A program made the translations under genes and the position numbers. From a candidate division WWE3 bacterium GW2011_GWC2_41_23 (GTDB lineage Bacteria; Patescibacteriota; WWE3; UBA101185; UBA10185), in NCBI GenBank assembly GCA_000996895.1, contig LCBB01000002.1, positions 27,596 to 91,595 on the forward strand: 64,000 bases of DNA, written 5' to 3'. Each line of letters starts with the position of its first letter. The stretch's first letter is position 1. The notes under the pieces are model-generated. The model had not been told where the DNA came from. It worked only from the letters and a program-made list of their open reading frames with translations, and did not search any database. Shown here one piece after another: positions 36,820 through 48,178 of the stretch.

Positions 36820-36820
36820 A

Positions 36821-37189
36821 TTATTTAACCTTTTTTCCTACCTGACTTAACCCAACATAAATATGACTTGTCCTTTTTATAATGGGGCTGAATCTTCCTT
36901 TTGCAACAAACTGTCCGCTTTTTGAAACTGGGCCGCCGCTCACCCAAAGCTCGGATAATACCAGGCTTTTTTTGTCGAATTTGTTGTTGTTTACAGCGTT
37001 AGCCTCGGCAGATTTTAGCACTTTAAGCACCAAAGCGGCAGCTTTAGTTCTATCAAAAGCTAGAATCAACTTAGCCTCTGCTACCGGCTTTCCTCTGACA
37101 AGATCCATTACCGGGGCTACCTTCTTAGGCGATATTCTTGCTTTCATGTGTTTTGCGTATACTTCCGACTTGTTCATATATTTATGCAA
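36821..37189 (-). CDS. rplV: 50S ribosomal protein L22
   Basis: Sequence and operon position. Confidence 0.9.
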   Translation of the reverse strand: MHKYMNKSEVYAKHMKARISPKKVAPVMDLVRGKPVAEAKLILAFDRTKAAALVLKVLKSAEANAVNNNKFDKKSLVLSELWVSGGPVSKSGQFVAKGRFSPIIKRTSHIYVGLSQVGKKVK

Positions 37190-37451
37190 TCTTCTTAGAA
37201 GAGTGAGCCCTGAATGTTCTCGTAGGTGAGAACTCTCCTAATTTGTGGCCGACCATTGATTCAGTTACAAATACAGGAATATGCTTTTTTCCGTTGTGTA
37301 CTTCGAATGTTAATCCCACCATTTCAGGTACGATGGTTGACCTTCTTGCCCATGTTTTTATAGGAGTTCTTGCTCCGTTGGAAAGGGCTGTCTTTACCTT
37401 CTTCATTAATTTTTCGTCTGTATATATTCCTTTTTTTAATGACCTTGTCAT
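37182..37451 (-). CDS. rpsS: 30S ribosomal protein S19
   Basis: Sequence and operon position. Confidence 0.95.
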   Translation of the reverse strand: MTRSLKKGIYTDEKLMKKVKTALSNGARTPIKTWARRSTIVPEMVGLTFEVHNGKKHIPVFVTESMVGHKLGEFSPTRTFRAHSSKKIA

Positions 37452-37475
37452 AATTTATTCCTTTAGAAGATTAAG

Positions 37476-38306
37476 TTATTTCTTCTTCTCCCTCTTTTTA
37501 ACTATGGTGTAATCAGTATGAACACGCTTTCTGCTTTTAACACCCCTTGTTTTCCATCCCCAGGGAGATAAAGGTGCTGGTCTTCCGATACCTGTGGTAC
37601 CGTACTTGCCTGCGTGCGGATGGTCCTTCTTCGGATTTGCCATCGCAACACCACGAACGTGGGGTCTAAAGCCCAGATATCTTCTCTTTCCGGCCTTTCC
37701 TAACCGCACATTCCTGGTATCGGGATTGGATAATGTACCGACCGAAGCGTAGCACTTTCCGAGGATTTTCTTTACTTCTCCGCTCGGGAGCCTCAGATTA
37801 ACATATGCCCCTTCTTTAGCCAATACCTGCGCCGAATTTCCGGCTCCTCTTGCTAACACTCCGCCACCTCCGATGTTTAACTCGATGTTGTGTACGGAAG
37901 TACCCAACGGGATATTTTCCAAAGGTAGCGCATTACCGGGCGTAAGCTCGGCTTCCGGTCCTGAAACTACTTCCATTCCTATATCTAAGCCTTCGGGAGC
38001 GAGTATGTATCTCTTCTCTCCGTCAGCAAAATTGACCAAAGCAATGTTTGATCCTCTGTTGGGGTCATACTCAATAGATGCTACTTTAGCGGGTATCAAC
38101 AGTTTGTTTCTTTTAAAATCGATTATTCTGTATCTTTTTTTGGTGCCCCTCTCTCTGTATCTTGTGGCAATCCTTCCGCGGTTTCTTCCTGCCGGGCCTT
38201 TTAATGTAGATGTTAATGCTTTTACAGGTCTGGCTTTACTAACCTCTCTTACGAGTGTTTTTCTTGTTCGTTGTCCCTGACTTGTAGGTTTATATCTTTT
38301 AAGCAT
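37476..38306 (-). CDS. rplB: 50S ribosomal protein L2
   Basis: Sequence and operon position. Confidence 0.95.
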   Translation of the reverse strand: MLKRYKPTSQGQRTRKTLVREVSKARPVKALTSTLKGPAGRNRGRIATRYRERGTKKRYRIIDFKRNKLLIPAKVASIEYDPNRGSNIALVNFADGEKRYILAPEGLDIGMEVVSGPEAELTPGNALPLENIPLGTSVHNIELNIGGGGVLARGAGNSAQVLAKEGAYVNLRLPSGEVKKILGKCYASVGTLSNPDTRNVRLGKAGKRRYLGFRPHVRGVAMANPKKDHPHAGKYGTTGIGRPAPLSPWGWKTRGVKSRKRVHTDYTIVKKREKKK

Positions 38307-38310
38307 TTGT

Positions 38311-38601
38311 TTATTCCTTGGGCATTATATCAATTGTCTGACCCTCTTTTAACTTTACCGTGGCTTTCTTCCATTTAACTCTTCCTGTTCGCCTTCTTGT
38401 TCCTGAAACTCTTCTGTTTTTACCGGGGACCACAATTGTCTTTACTGCAGTGACTTTGACTCCGTACATTTTTTCTATTTCTTTTGCTACAGATTCCTTA
38501 TTTGCGTCCATGGCAACCTTAAAAGAGTAGAAACCGTTTGTTGCCTGCGCGTAAGTTTTCTCGGTTACTATTGGTTTGTAGATTAAATTGTTTAATCTCA
38601 T
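38311..38601 (-). CDS. rplW: 50S ribosomal protein L23
   Basis: Sequence and operon position. Confidence 0.9.
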   Translation of the reverse strand: MRLNNLIYKPIVTEKTYAQATNGFYSFKVAMDANKESVAKEIEKMYGVKVTAVKTIVVPGKNRRVSGTRRRTGRVKWKKATVKLKEGQTIDIMPKE

Positions 38602-39221
38602 TTTTTAAACCTCTCGTTTATATCAAGTATGGCGTCTTTTTCAAATAGAACTGTTTTTGCGGCGATTAAATCGTAGGGATTCAATGATCCGGCGTAAGCT
38701 GCTCTAATTTTTGTTAAGTTTGAAATACTTTTCATTACGTTGTCGTCTTTTTTATTCCAAACGTATAGAACAGAACCTTTGAGTCCCAGTGTTTTCAAAA
38801 CACCTGACATTGCTGAAGTTGAAATTTTTTCCAACCCTAATCCGTTTACAACAAATAAAGACTCGCCGGTCTCCTTTAAAGAAAGGGCTGATCTCATGGC
38901 CAATTTCTTCATTTTCTTCGGCAATTTCAAAGTCCAATCCTTTGGAAGGGGACCGTGAGTAACACCTCCGTGAACCCAAATAGGGCTTCTCGAGGATCCA
39001 GCTCTTGCGCGGCCGGTTCCTTTTTGTCTCCAGGGTTTTGCACCGCCCCCAGCTACCTCTGCTTTGTTTTTTACTTTGGAAGTTCCGGTTCTCTGGTTGG
39101 TTGTATAAACTCTTATATACTGCGCTAAAACGCTGTTGTTGGGTTCGATTTTAAATACCTCATCATGAAGGTTTATTTCTTCGACTTTTTTACCTTTGTT
39201 GTCTAATACTTGTTTTTTCAT
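38598..39221 (-). CDS. rplD: 50S ribosomal protein L4
   Basis: Sequence and operon position. Confidence 0.9.
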   Translation of the reverse strand: MKKQVLDNKGKKVEEINLHDEVFKIEPNNSVLAQYIRVYTTNQRTGTSKVKNKAEVAGGGAKPWRQKGTGRARAGSSRSPIWVHGGVTHGPLPKDWTLKLPKKMKKLAMRSALSLKETGESLFVVNGLGLEKISTSAMSGVLKTLGLKGSVLYVWNKKDDNVMKSISNLTKIRAAYAGSLNPYDLIAAKTVLFEKDAILDINERFKK

Positions 39222-39223
39222 AT

Positions 39224-39652
39224 TTACTTTAACTCGATTGTAATTTTAGAATTTCTCGCTCCCGGCACGGGACCTGAAACCATAAGCTGTTTCTGATCGG
39301 GCATTACTCTTACAATTTTTAAACCTTTTATCGTCACTCTGTCTCCGCCCAACCTTCCTGCCATTTTTTTACCTTTTCTTACTCTTCCCGGTGTCTGACT
39401 GCCGATCGAACCCGGTGCTCTGGGTTTTGTGCTTTGTCCTCCGGTAGCAGGACCTCCGGAAAAATGCCATCTCTTCATTCCGCCTGCAAAACCTTTTCCT
39501 TTTGAAATGCCGACAATATATACGGGCTTGTTTTCCATATCGGCAGTAAGATCTTCACTTATTTTGCCGATTACCGTTACAGGAATTACCTTTCCCGTGT
39601 CGAGAAATATTTGGCTCATGTTAAGTTTTATTCCTTTTATCTTTTCTGTCAT
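39224..39652 (-). CDS. rplC: 50S ribosomal protein L3, unusually short (142 aa)
   Basis: N-terminus (IKGIKLNMSQIF...VIPVTVI) and C-terminus (SKGKGFAGGMKRW...GSIGSQTPGRV...KGKKMAG) match L3. About 55-65 central residues present in E. coli L3 are missing. Confidence 0.85.
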   Translation of the reverse strand: MTEKIKGIKLNMSQIFLDTGKVIPVTVIGKISEDLTADMENKPVYIVGISKGKGFAGGMKRWHFSGGPATGGQSTKPRAPGSIGSQTPGRVRKGKKMAGRLGGDRVTIKGLKIVRVMPDQKQLMVSGPVPGARNSKITIELK

Positions 39653-39654
39653 GG

Positions 39655-39679
39655 CAAAAAATTAGCGCCCAAGGGGCGC
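39655..39679 (-). promoter_or_regulatory. terminator-like hairpin (GC stem + T6) in the rpsJ-rplC spacer, immediately 5' of the rplC start
   Basis: Minus strand reads GGGCGCCCCTTGGGCGC TAATTTTTTGCC ATG. A 6-7 bp GC stem followed by a U-run. Candidate attenuator. Confidence 0.35.
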
Positions 39680-39814
39680 CCACTAATGTAACCCTTGTTA
39701 TTAATTACTTTTGCCGGATAAACCGGCTATTTTTAAACGTTTCCTGCATTGAGCGACTTATATTACCCTAGATTACGGCAAAAATCCATACTTTTACCGC
39801 TTTCAATCCACAAC

Positions 39815-40135
39815 TTACATCTTCATCGTTATACCGACACCCGCCGGCAAACTAAGCTTTGACAGGCTCTCTACGGTCTGTGCTGTCGGATTCAGTACAT
39901 CAACCACTCTTTTATGGGTTCTCAGCTCAAACTGCTCCCTGGACCTCTTATCAATATGTGGCCCTCTGATAACTGTGAACTTCTCTATTCTGGTGGGTAG
40001 GGGCACCGGTCCTACTACTTTGGCTCCGGTTCTTATCGCTGTATCCACTATCTTTGAGCAACTAAGATCTATGATCCTGCTGTCGTAGGAATTGAGCTTT
40101 ATTCTGATTTTTGTTTCTTTTTGAGCTTTAGCCAT
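39815..40135 (-). CDS. rpsJ: 30S ribosomal protein S10
   Basis: Sequence and operon position. Confidence 0.95.
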   Translation of the reverse strand: MAKAQKETKIRIKLNSYDSRIIDLSCSKIVDTAIRTGAKVVGPVPLPTRIEKFTVIRGPHIDKRSREQFELRTHKRVVDVLNPTAQTVESLSKLSLPAGVGITMKM

Positions 40136-40188
40136 TTTGATGCACCGATAGAGCTGCCCCCTTCCGGGGGCAGTTCAAAACTTTTTCT

Positions 40189-41367
40189 TTATGCTGTTAC
40201 TTTAGAGATAACTCCTGCTCCTACAGTATGTCCGCCTTCTCTTATAGCGAATCTCATACCATCTTCGAGTGCCACCGGTGTAATGAGTTTAACTTTCATG
40301 TTTACTTTATCTCCGGGCATTACCATCTCGACACCTTCGGGGAGAACAATCTCACCCGTAACGTCAGTGGTTCTGATATAAAACTGTGGCCTGTATCCGC
40401 TGAAGAAAGGTTTCTGTCTTCCGCCCTCTTCCTTGGATAATATGTAAACCTCAGCATCGAAATCTGTGTGGGGCTTGGTGCTGCCGGGCTTGGCCAACAC
40501 TTGTCCTCTTTCCACATCGGTTCTCTCAATACCTCTAAGAAGGATACCTACGTTGTCTCCTGCGAGACCTTCCTGCATCTGCTTCTTAAACATTTCTACT
40601 CCGGTAACTACTGATTTCTTTGTATCCTTAATACCTACGATTTCGACTTCTTCGTTTATCTTTATCTTGCCTCTCTCGATTCTTCCCGTAACGACAGTTC
40701 CTCTTCCTGAGATTGTGAATACGTCTTCAACGGGCATTAAGAAAGGCTTGTCTAGCTCTCTGACAGGAGTGGGTATAAATGTATCAACTGCCTCCATAAG
40801 TTCCTCGATGCTTTTTATGGCGTCAGCGTCACCTTCCAGAGCTTTCATTGCGGATCCTTTGATTATCGGTGTGGTGTCTCCGGGGAAGCCGTACTTGGTC
40901 AATAATTCTCTTACTTCGAGCTCGACGAGATCAAGAATCTCTTTGTCCTGAACCATGTCTGTCTTGTTCATGAAGACGACCATAGCAGGAACGTTAACTT
41001 GCTTCGCTAACAAGATATGCTCTCTTGTTTGAGGCATTGGTCCGTCAGGAGCTGAGACCACGAGTATGGCTCCGTCCATCTGGGCGGCACCTGTGATCAT
41101 ATTCTTGATGTAGTCCGCATGTCCGGGTGCATCTATGTGGGCGTAGTGCCTCTTATCGGTCTCGTACTCGACGTGAGTAATATTGATCGTGATACCTCGG
41201 GCTCTCTCTTCGGGAGCCTTATCGATATTCTCGTAGCTAATGTATTGCGCCTGACCTTTTCCGGCAAGCACTTTAGTGATAGCTGCGGTTAATGTGGTTT
41301 TTCCATGGTCAACGTGACCAATGGTACCTATGTTTACGTGTTCTTTATTTCTTATAAATTCGGCCAT
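40189..41367 (-). CDS. tuf: elongation factor Tu
   Basis: [18 protein letters not shown] and NKTD GTPase motifs. Confidence 0.98.
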   Translation of the reverse strand: MAEFIRNKEHVNIGTIGHVDHGKTTLTAAITKVLAGKGQAQYISYENIDKAPEERARGITINITHVEYETDKRHYAHIDAPGHADYIKNMITGAAQMDGAILVVSAPDGPMPQTREHILLAKQVNVPAMVVFMNKTDMVQDKEILDLVELEVRELLTKYGFPGDTTPIIKGSAMKALEGDADAIKSIEELMEAVDTFIPTPVRELDKPFLMPVEDVFTISGRGTVVTGRIERGKIKINEEVEIVGIKDTKKSVVTGVEMFKKQMQEGLAGDNVGILLRGIERTDVERGQVLAKPGSTKPHTDFDAEVYILSKEEGGRQKPFFSGYRPQFYIRTTDVTGEIVLPEGVEMVMPGDKVNMKVKLITPVALEDGMRFAIREGGHTVGAGVISKVTA

Positions 41368-41487
41368 GTTAAATTATCTATCCTTTCGAAATTATATAAA
41401 ATTAATACTTTAAGTTGTTTAGACTAATTCGACAACTGCTAGTTAACCAGATTAATACCGAAAAATCAAGCATTTTAGGGAAAAAGC

Positions 41488-43572
41488 CTATCTCCTGCTT
41501 GTCTTTACGATTTCCGGTAAAACGCTGGCGGGAACTTCCTCGTAGTGGCTAGGCTCCATAGCAAAAGAAGCCCTTCCCTGCGTCATACCCCTCAACTCCG
41601 TAGCATACCCGAACATCTCGGCTAAAGGAGCTGTACTGGTTATAACACGGGCATTTCCGCGCTGTTCGGTGCTTTCAATCTTGCCTCTTTTTGAGGACAA
41701 ATTACCGATAACGTCTCCCATGTAGTCGTCGGGTGTTACCACCTCAATCTTCATTATAGGTTCAATTATGAAGGAATCGGCACTTCGCTGGGCATCTCTA
41801 ATGGCTTCGATAGCAGCCATCTTGAAGGCCATTTCCGAAGAGTCAACTTCGTGGAAAGATCCGTCGTATAAACTGACTCTCAGGTCAACAAGGGGGTAAC
41901 CGGCCAAGATACCGCTTTCTACCGCTTCCTTGACACCTTTTTCAACTGCAGGAATGTATTCCCTGGGAATTGAGCCACCGACAAGCTTGTCCACAAATTC
42001 CAGCCCTTTTCCTCTCTCCAAGGGTTCGACTTTGAGAACGACGTGACCGTACTGACCACGGCCGCCCGACTGACGGATGTATTTACCTTCAACATCAACT
42101 GCTTTTCTAATAGTCTCTCTGTAAGCAACCTGAGGTTTCCCTGTATTTACCTCGACACCGAACTCTCTTTTCATACGGTCTACAATAATTTCCAAGTGGA
42201 GTTCACCCATTCCATAAAGAACGCCCTGTCCTGTTTCTTCGTTTGTTTTTATTTTTAAAGTAGGATCTTCTTCCAAAAACTTTTTGATTGCCACGGACAT
42301 TTTATCTCTGTCAGCCTTTGATTTAGGTTCCAACACAAGTCCGATAACCGGTTCTGCAAAACTTATGGATTCCAAAACAATCGGGTACGCCTCACTGCAC
42401 AGAGTATCACCCGTAACAGCATCCAAACCAACCGCGGCACAAATCTCACCTGCTTTTATTTCGTGCAGTTCTTCTCTGTGATTTGCGTGCATCAGAAGAA
42501 GTCGTCCTATTCTTTCTTTTCTATCTTTAGTCGAGTTATAAATGTAAGAACCGGCGGTTATTTGTCCGGAGTAAACACGGAGATAAGTTAATCTTCCTAC
42601 ATACGGGTCAGTTTGAACTTTAAACGCCAGAGCAACAAAGGGGCCGTTCTCATCATGAGCTAGCTTCATTTTTTCGCCTGTAGATTGATCATAACCTTCC
42701 GTATCGGGGGTATCTATAGGAGACGGGAGGTAAGCAACAACACCGTCTAAAAGTTTTTGAATTCCCACATTTGATAAAGAAGCTCCGCAAAATACAGGAT
42801 AAAGTTTGGCCTGAACGGTTAACTTTCTAATACCTGATTTAATCTCTTCGATTGTCAGCTCTTCCCCGTTCAAATATTTTTCTATAAGCGAGTCGTCGCT
42901 CTCCGCAACTTTTTCAACTAATTTCTGTCTGAAGTCTTCAACTTTCTGTTTCATATCCTCGGGAATATCTATTTCTACAATATTCTCTCCAAGATTTCCT
43001 TCGAACTTAAAAGCTTTTCTTTCTACTAAATCTATGACTGCGTTAAATTCATTTTCTATACCGATGGGAAGTTGTACCGCGACGGCGTCCTTGGCAAGTT
43101 TTTCAAGAACAGAATCAACGGACATATAAAAATCTCCGCCGATCTTATCCAGTTTATTTACAAAAAATAACAAAGGTACGTGATATTTCTGAGCCTGTCT
43201 GAAAACTGTTTCCGATTGAGGCTCGACACCCTGTGATCCGTCAAGAATAATTACACCGCCGTCAAGAACCCTAAGGGATCTTTCAACTTCAGCCGTAAAG
43301 TCAACGTGGCCCGGAGTGTCGATAATATTTATTCTGGTGTCATCCCAAAAACAAGTGGTAGCCGCGGACGTGATAGTGATGCCTCTTTCGCGCTCCTGAG
43401 CCATCCAGTCCATCTGGGCAGCACCCTCGTGAACCTCACCGATTTTATGAGATTTTCCGGTGTAATAAAGTATACGTTCGGAAGTGGTAGTTTTTCCCGC
43501 GTCAATATGAGCAATGATGCCTATATTGCGAATTTTTTCTAAAGGGTATTGCTTGTTGGATGTTTCGGCCAT
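41488..43572 (-). CDS. fusA: elongation factor G
   Basis: [10 protein letters not shown] and DTPGHVDF motifs. 694 aa. Confidence 0.98.
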   Translation of the reverse strand: MAETSNKQYPLEKIRNIGIIAHIDAGKTTTSERILYYTGKSHKIGEVHEGAAQMDWMAQERERGITITSAATTCFWDDTRINIIDTPGHVDFTAEVERSLRVLDGGVIILDGSQGVEPQSETVFRQAQKYHVPLLFFVNKLDKIGGDFYMSVDSVLEKLAKDAVAVQLPIGIENEFNAVIDLVERKAFKFEGNLGENIVEIDIPEDMKQKVEDFRQKLVEKVAESDDSLIEKYLNGEELTIEEIKSGIRKLTVQAKLYPVFCGASLSNVGIQKLLDGVVAYLPSPIDTPDTEGYDQSTGEKMKLAHDENGPFVALAFKVQTDPYVGRLTYLRVYSGQITAGSYIYNSTKDRKERIGRLLLMHANHREELHEIKAGEICAAVGLDAVTGDTLCSEAYPIVLESISFAEPVIGLVLEPKSKADRDKMSVAIKKFLEEDPTLKIKTNEETGQGVLYGMGELHLEIIVDRMKREFGVEVNTGKPQVAYRETIRKAVDVEGKYIRQSGGRGQYGHVVLKVEPLERGKGLEFVDKLVGGSIPREYIPAVEKGVKEAVESGILAGYPLVDLRVSLYDGSFHEVDSSEMAFKMAAIEAIRDAQRSADSFIIEPIMKIEVVTPDDYMGDVIGNLSSKRGKIESTEQRGNARVITSTAPLAEMFGYATELRGMTQGRASFAMEPSHYEEVPASVLPEIVKTSRR

Positions 43573-43606
43573 ATTTATAGAAACCTTCGTTAATAGAAAT
43601 TAGTAA

Positions 43607-44074
43607 TTATCTCCTAGCAAAATGTGCAAATGCCCTATTGGCGTCAGCCATTCTATGAGTGTCGTCACGTTTCTTAATAGCATCGCCCATACTTTGATAG
43701 GCATTGTTAAGTTCTTCGTAGAGCTTTTCTTCCATCGGTTTACCCTTTTTGTTTCTCGCGGCTGTGATAAGCCATCTTAATGCCAAAGCTTCCGATCTTT
43801 CGTGTTTTAACGGCATAGGCACCTGGTATGTGGCGCCTCCCACTCTTTTAGATCTGACTTCCTGTTGAGGCATTACATTTTTAACAGCTGTTTCAAACAT
43901 TCTGAGGCCTTCTTTTCTATCTTCGTTAAGACGGTCAATGGCACCGTAAACAACAGATTCGGCGATGGATTTCTTTCCGCTCTGCATGACTATGTTTATC
44001 ATCCTGTTAACAATTTTTGACTTGAAAACCGGATCTCCTAACAACATTCTTTTCTTTGCGGGCTTGCCTCTCAT
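43607..44074 (-). CDS. rpsG: 30S ribosomal protein S7
   Basis: Sequence and operon position. Confidence 0.95.
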   Translation of the reverse strand: MRGKPAKKRMLLGDPVFKSKIVNRMINIVMQSGKKSIAESVVYGAIDRLNEDRKEGLRMFETAVKNVMPQQEVRSKRVGGATYQVPMPLKHERSEALALRWLITAARNKKGKPMEEKLYEELNNAYQSMGDAIKKRDDTHRMADANRAFAHFARR

Positions 44075-44493
44075 TTTTTAGCCTCCTTAGGTTTCTTAGT
44101 ACCGTAGATCGAGCGTGAAGTTTTTCTTGACTGAACACCGGCAAGATCCAAGGTTCCTCTGACGATGGTGTATTTGACACCTGGAAGATCCTGAACTTTT
44201 CCGCCTTTTACCAAAACAACTGAGTGTTCCTGAAGGTTGTGACCTTCGCCCGGAATATAAACAGTTACTTCTTTCTTATTTGACAACCTTACTCTCGCAG
44301 TCTTTCGAAGTGCTGAGTTAGGTTTCTTCGGAGTTTGAGTTCGCACCAAAAGTACAACACCCCTCTTGAAAGGACCCTGTCTCTTAATCGGGCGTCTTTT
44401 CAAGGTATTGAATGCTTCCTTCAAAGCCCTTGTCGAAGACTTTTTAGATTTGGTTTTTCTGCTTTTTCTAAGTAACTGGTTTATCGTAGGCAT
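44071..44493 (-). CDS. rpsL: 30S ribosomal protein S12
   Basis: PTINQL N-terminus and the [10 protein letters not shown] motif. Confidence 0.95.
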   Translation of the reverse strand: MPTINQLLRKSRKTKSKKSSTRALKEAFNTLKRRPIKRQGPFKRGVVLLVRTQTPKKPNSALRKTARVRLSNKKEVTVYIPGEGHNLQEHSVVLVKGGKVQDLPGVKYTIVRGTLDLAGVQSRKTSRSIYGTKKPKEAKK

Positions 44494-44495
44494 AA

Positions 44496-47400
44496 TTACT
44501 CCAATCGCGCACGGTCACCTGTCGGGATTAATCTACCAATTATCACGTTTTCTTTCAATCCCAAAAGATAATCAACCTTACCAGACGACGCTGCGTCGGT
44601 CAACACGTTACTGGTCTGAATAAATGAAGCTGCGGACAAGAAACTATCAGTATTTAACGAAGCTCTGGTGATACCGAGCATTGTCAGTTTACCTGTTGCA
44701 GGAGCTCCGCCGCTGGCAATAACTTCTTCGTTAACTTCCATAAATCTTGCTTTGGTGCTTAGTTCACCCTCCATAAATTCCGTGTCTCCTACCTCATCGA
44801 TTTTAACGTGATTGAACATTTGTTTTACGATAATTTCTATATGCTTATCATTAAGAGCAACACCTTGAGATGCATAAACTTTCTGGATTTCTTCGATGAT
44901 GTATCTCTTGGTCTCGTCGACTCCTACAGTTCTGAATAAGTCAGTAAGATCCAGATTCCCTGCAGTCAGTTTTTCGCCTTTCGCAACTATTTCCCCTTCT
45001 TTGACTATGATTTCTTCAACCGGGTCCACCAAGTATTCGGCGGCATCCTCATCACGGTCTGAAGGAATGATTATAATTTTTCTCTCATCGCCGCTTTTAA
45101 CTATGCTTACGGTACCGGTAACATCCGACATCAGCGAAAGGAATTTAGGGGCTCTTGCCTCAACCAACTCTTCAACTCTGGGCAAACCTTGAGTGATATC
45201 TTTTCCTGCAATGCCGCCGGTGTGGAATGTTCTCATTGAAAGCTGAGTTCCGGGTTCTCCGATTGACTGGGCTGCCGCAACACCTACTGCTGTTCCCATG
45301 TTCACAAGTTTTCCTGTCATTAGATCGTTACCGTAGCACTTACCGCAAAGGCCTCTTCTGGTCTCGCAGTGCATCGGGGATCTAATAACAATGTTCTCAA
45401 TTCCTTCGGCTTCTACTTTGGCTACGTCTTCGCGGGTAAGTAGTGTCCCTCTTTTTACCAAGGTTTTTCCTTTAACTTTTACATCGGTAGCAAGGTATCT
45501 TCCGATAACTCTGTCTGCAAAAGTTTGAAGAAGGGTTCCTTCTCCTACCTTCATTGTTCTACCGTGTTCGGTTCCGCAGTCTTCAATACGGACTATAACA
45601 TCCTGCGAAACGTCAACGAGTCTTCTTGTTAGGTAACCTGCGTCTGCTGTCTTCAATCCTTTGTCTACCAATCCCTTTCTTGCACCTTTTGCACCGATGA
45701 AGTACTCCAGTGCCGACAATCCGTATTTGTAATTACCAAGAATTGGAACTTCAACTGTCTTTCCTGATGTGTCGACAATTAAACCCTTCATACCGGCAAC
45801 CTGCTTAACCTGGTCTCTTGAAGCTCGGGTTGAGCCTGATTTAACCAAAACTTTAACAGGGTTGTCATCGGCCATTCCATCCCAGATGGCTGCATCAAGA
45901 TCGGAAATGACTTTATTCCATGTATCCTCTTTAAGCCTTGAGGCTTCGGCTCTGGTTATCAAACCTCTTTTGTAGTTAGACTCAATCTCAGCTACCGTTG
46001 ATTTTCCGCCGGTTATAATCGAAGTTCTGGCCTGAGGAACCTGTATATCGGACAAAGAAACCGACTGACCGCTGATAGTACCGAATTTCAATCCGATGTC
46101 TTTAAGGTCATCAATAAATTTAACAACAACTTCGTTCGGTTCAGTCTCAAATGTTTTCTGCAAAATAGCATTGATTTGTTTCTTATCCATTGTCTGATTA
46201 ACATATCCGAATCTCGCCGGTACGACTCTGTTGAAAATAAGCCTTCCGTATGTAGTTTCCAAGATTTCTCCGTTAACACCTATTTTTATTTTTTGTCTCA
46301 GGTTCACCTCTTTATTAACATCCACCGCGTGCATAAGTTCGTATTCGTCCGAGAATACTCTTTCGAACAGGGGTAACTTCTCTTCAATAGATGTAATGTA
46401 GTAAACACCGAACAACATAATTTTAGTAGGTATTGAGATAGGAGATCCGTTCGAAGGATTCAACAGATTGTTGGTAGATATCATTACTGTTTTGGCTTCT
46501 TCTATGGCCTTTTCTCCCAAAGGAACGTGGACGGCCATCTGGTCTCCGTCGAAGTCGGCATTGTAGCCAGAGCATACACAGAGATGCAACTTGATAGAAT
46601 TCCCTTCCACAAGTTTCGGGTAGAATGCCTGGATGCCCAATCTCCAAAGAGTAGGTGCACGGTTCAAAAGCACGGGGTGTCCCTGAACAACTTCTTCAAG
46701 AATATCCCAAACTTCAGGCACACGTGATTCCAGATAATACTTCGCGCTCTTTACGTTGGGAGCATACCCTCTTCCGAGGATTTCTCTTAAAACCATAGGC
46801 TTGAATAACTCAAGAGCCATGTCTTTGGGAAGTCCGCATTCGTTTAATTTCAAATTGGGTCCGTTTATGATAACGCCTCTACCTGAGTAATCGACTCTTT
46901 TTCCCAATAGGTTCAATCGGAATATTCCCTGTTTACCCTTGATCATGTCGGCAAGTGATCTTAATTCTTTTTTGCCTCTGGTCACTCTGGTCTTTTGTCT
47001 CTGCTTCGATGCGTCGAAAAGTGCGTCAACAGATTCCTGCAACATTCTCTTTTCGTTTCTGACAATAATTTCGGGGGCACCTAAGTCTAGCAATCTTCCC
47101 AATCGGTTATTTCTATTGATAAGTCTTCTATATAAATCGTTCAGGTCGGAACTTGCGAAACGTCCGCCTTCCAACTGAACCATAGGTCTCAAATCCGGCG
47201 GAATTACAGGAATAATCTCCATGATCATTCTGTCGGGAGATATGCTTGCTTTTCTGAATTGTTCCACGACCTTTAATCTTTTGTTTATTCTTTGAGCCTT
47301 CTGTCCCTTGGAAGTAGTCAGGTCTACTCTAAGTTTCTCTGACAGATTATTAAGGTCCATGCTCTTTAATATGTTCTGCAAAGCCTCCGCGCCAATCTCG

Positions 47401-48164
47401 AGTTGGGCGAATACCTCCAGGTAGTTTACCAGCTGGACGTACTCATTCTCTGAAATGACCGAGTACTGCTCGACACTCTCAATCTTTTTCTGAACTATCT
47501 TGAAATGTTTTTCCTGTTCTTCAATCTTTTTTTCGTACTGAGTTCTTACCTGTTGAGTTTTTTCTCTGATTTTTCTTTCTTCTTCGGCACGTTTTATTTC
47601 TTCCGGAATTTTTGCGATGGTTTTTAAAGCAACTTCTATTTCCTGTACTTTGCCGTCAGCTTCTTTATTTATTGTGGCTTTAACTTTTTCGAAGTCTTTT
47701 GTAATCATGTCTATGGCTTCTGCCTTCTTTTTCCCGTCCATCACGGTAACGATGAATGACGCGAAATAGACAACCGATTCTACATTTCTCGGTGTTAAAT
47801 CAAGCAATAACGCCATTTTTGAAGGAATGCCTTTGAAGAACCAAACGTGAGCTACGGGAGAAGCGAGCTTTATGTGTCCCATTCTTTCTCTTCTCACTCT
47901 TGAGTGTGTTACTTCAACACCGCACTTATCGCACAAGACACCTTTGTATCTAATGCCCTTATATTTTCCGCAGTAACACTCGTAATTCTTGGAAGGACCG
48001 AAAATACGTTCGTCAAACAATCCCTCCCTTTCGGGTTTGAATGTTCTGTAATTAATGGTTTCCGGCTTTGTAACTTCACCGAATGACCAGCTCAGTAATT
48101 CCTGGCTTGAAGCTAAGTAAATTTTTATGGCGTCGAAATCTTTTAGTTGACTAATGTCTTTCAT
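44496..48164 (-). CDS. rpoC: DNA-directed RNA polymerase subunit beta'
   Basis: [12 protein letters not shown] catalytic motif, zinc-binding Cys clusters, 1222 aa. Confidence 0.98.
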   Translation of the reverse strand: MKDISQLKDFDAIKIYLASSQELLSWSFGEVTKPETINYRTFKPEREGLFDERIFGPSKNYECYCGKYKGIRYKGVLCDKCGVEVTHSRVRRERMGHIKLASPVAHVWFFKGIPSKMALLLDLTPRNVESVVYFASFIVTVMDGKKKAEAIDMITKDFEKVKATINKEADGKVQEIEVALKTIAKIPEEIKRAEEERKIREKTQQVRTQYEKKIEEQEKHFKIVQKKIESVEQYSVISENEYVQLVNYLEVFAQLEIGAEALQNILKSMDLNNLSEKLRVDLTTSKGQKAQRINKRLKVVEQFRKASISPDRMIMEIIPVIPPDLRPMVQLEGGRFASSDLNDLYRRLINRNNRLGRLLDLGAPEIIVRNEKRMLQESVDALFDASKQRQKTRVTRGKKELRSLADMIKGKQGIFRLNLLGKRVDYSGRGVIINGPNLKLNECGLPKDMALELFKPMVLREILGRGYAPNVKSAKYYLESRVPEVWDILEEVVQGHPVLLNRAPTLWRLGIQAFYPKLVEGNSIKLHLCVCSGYNADFDGDQMAVHVPLGEKAIEEAKTVMISTNNLLNPSNGSPISIPTKIMLFGVYYITSIEEKLPLFERVFSDEYELMHAVDVNKEVNLRQKIKIGVNGEILETTYGRLIFNRVVPARFGYVNQTMDKKQINAILQKTFETEPNEVVVKFIDDLKDIGLKFGTISGQSVSLSDIQVPQARTSIITGGKSTVAEIESNYKRGLITRAEASRLKEDTWNKVISDLDAAIWDGMADDNPVKVLVKSGSTRASRDQVKQVAGMKGLIVDTSGKTVEVPILGNYKYGLSALEYFIGAKGARKGLVDKGLKTADAGYLTRRLVDVSQDVIVRIEDCGTEHGRTMKVGEGTLLQTFADRVIGRYLATDVKVKGKTLVKRGTLLTREDVAKVEAEGIENIVIRSPMHCETRRGLCGKCYGNDLMTGKLVNMGTAVGVAAAQSIGEPGTQLSMRTFHTGGIAGKDITQGLPRVEELVEARAPKFLSLMSDVTGTVSIVKSGDERKIIIIPSDRDEDAAEYLVDPVEEIIVKEGEIVAKGEKLTAGNLDLTDLFRTVGVDETKRYIIEEIQKVYASQGVALNDKHIEIIVKQMFNHVKIDEVGDTEFMEGELSTKARFMEVNEEVIASGGAPATGKLTMLGITRASLNTDSFLSAASFIQTSNVLTDAASSGKVDYLLGLKENVIIGRLIPTGDRARLE

Positions 48165-48178
48165 ATATATTTGCGGAA

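Noticed and set aside
41368-41487. Internal promoter for tuf in the fusA-tuf spacer (TATAAT at about 25 nt before the tuf ATG)
   Set aside because: A -10-like hexamer is present but no convincing -35 at proper spacing. Left as unproven.
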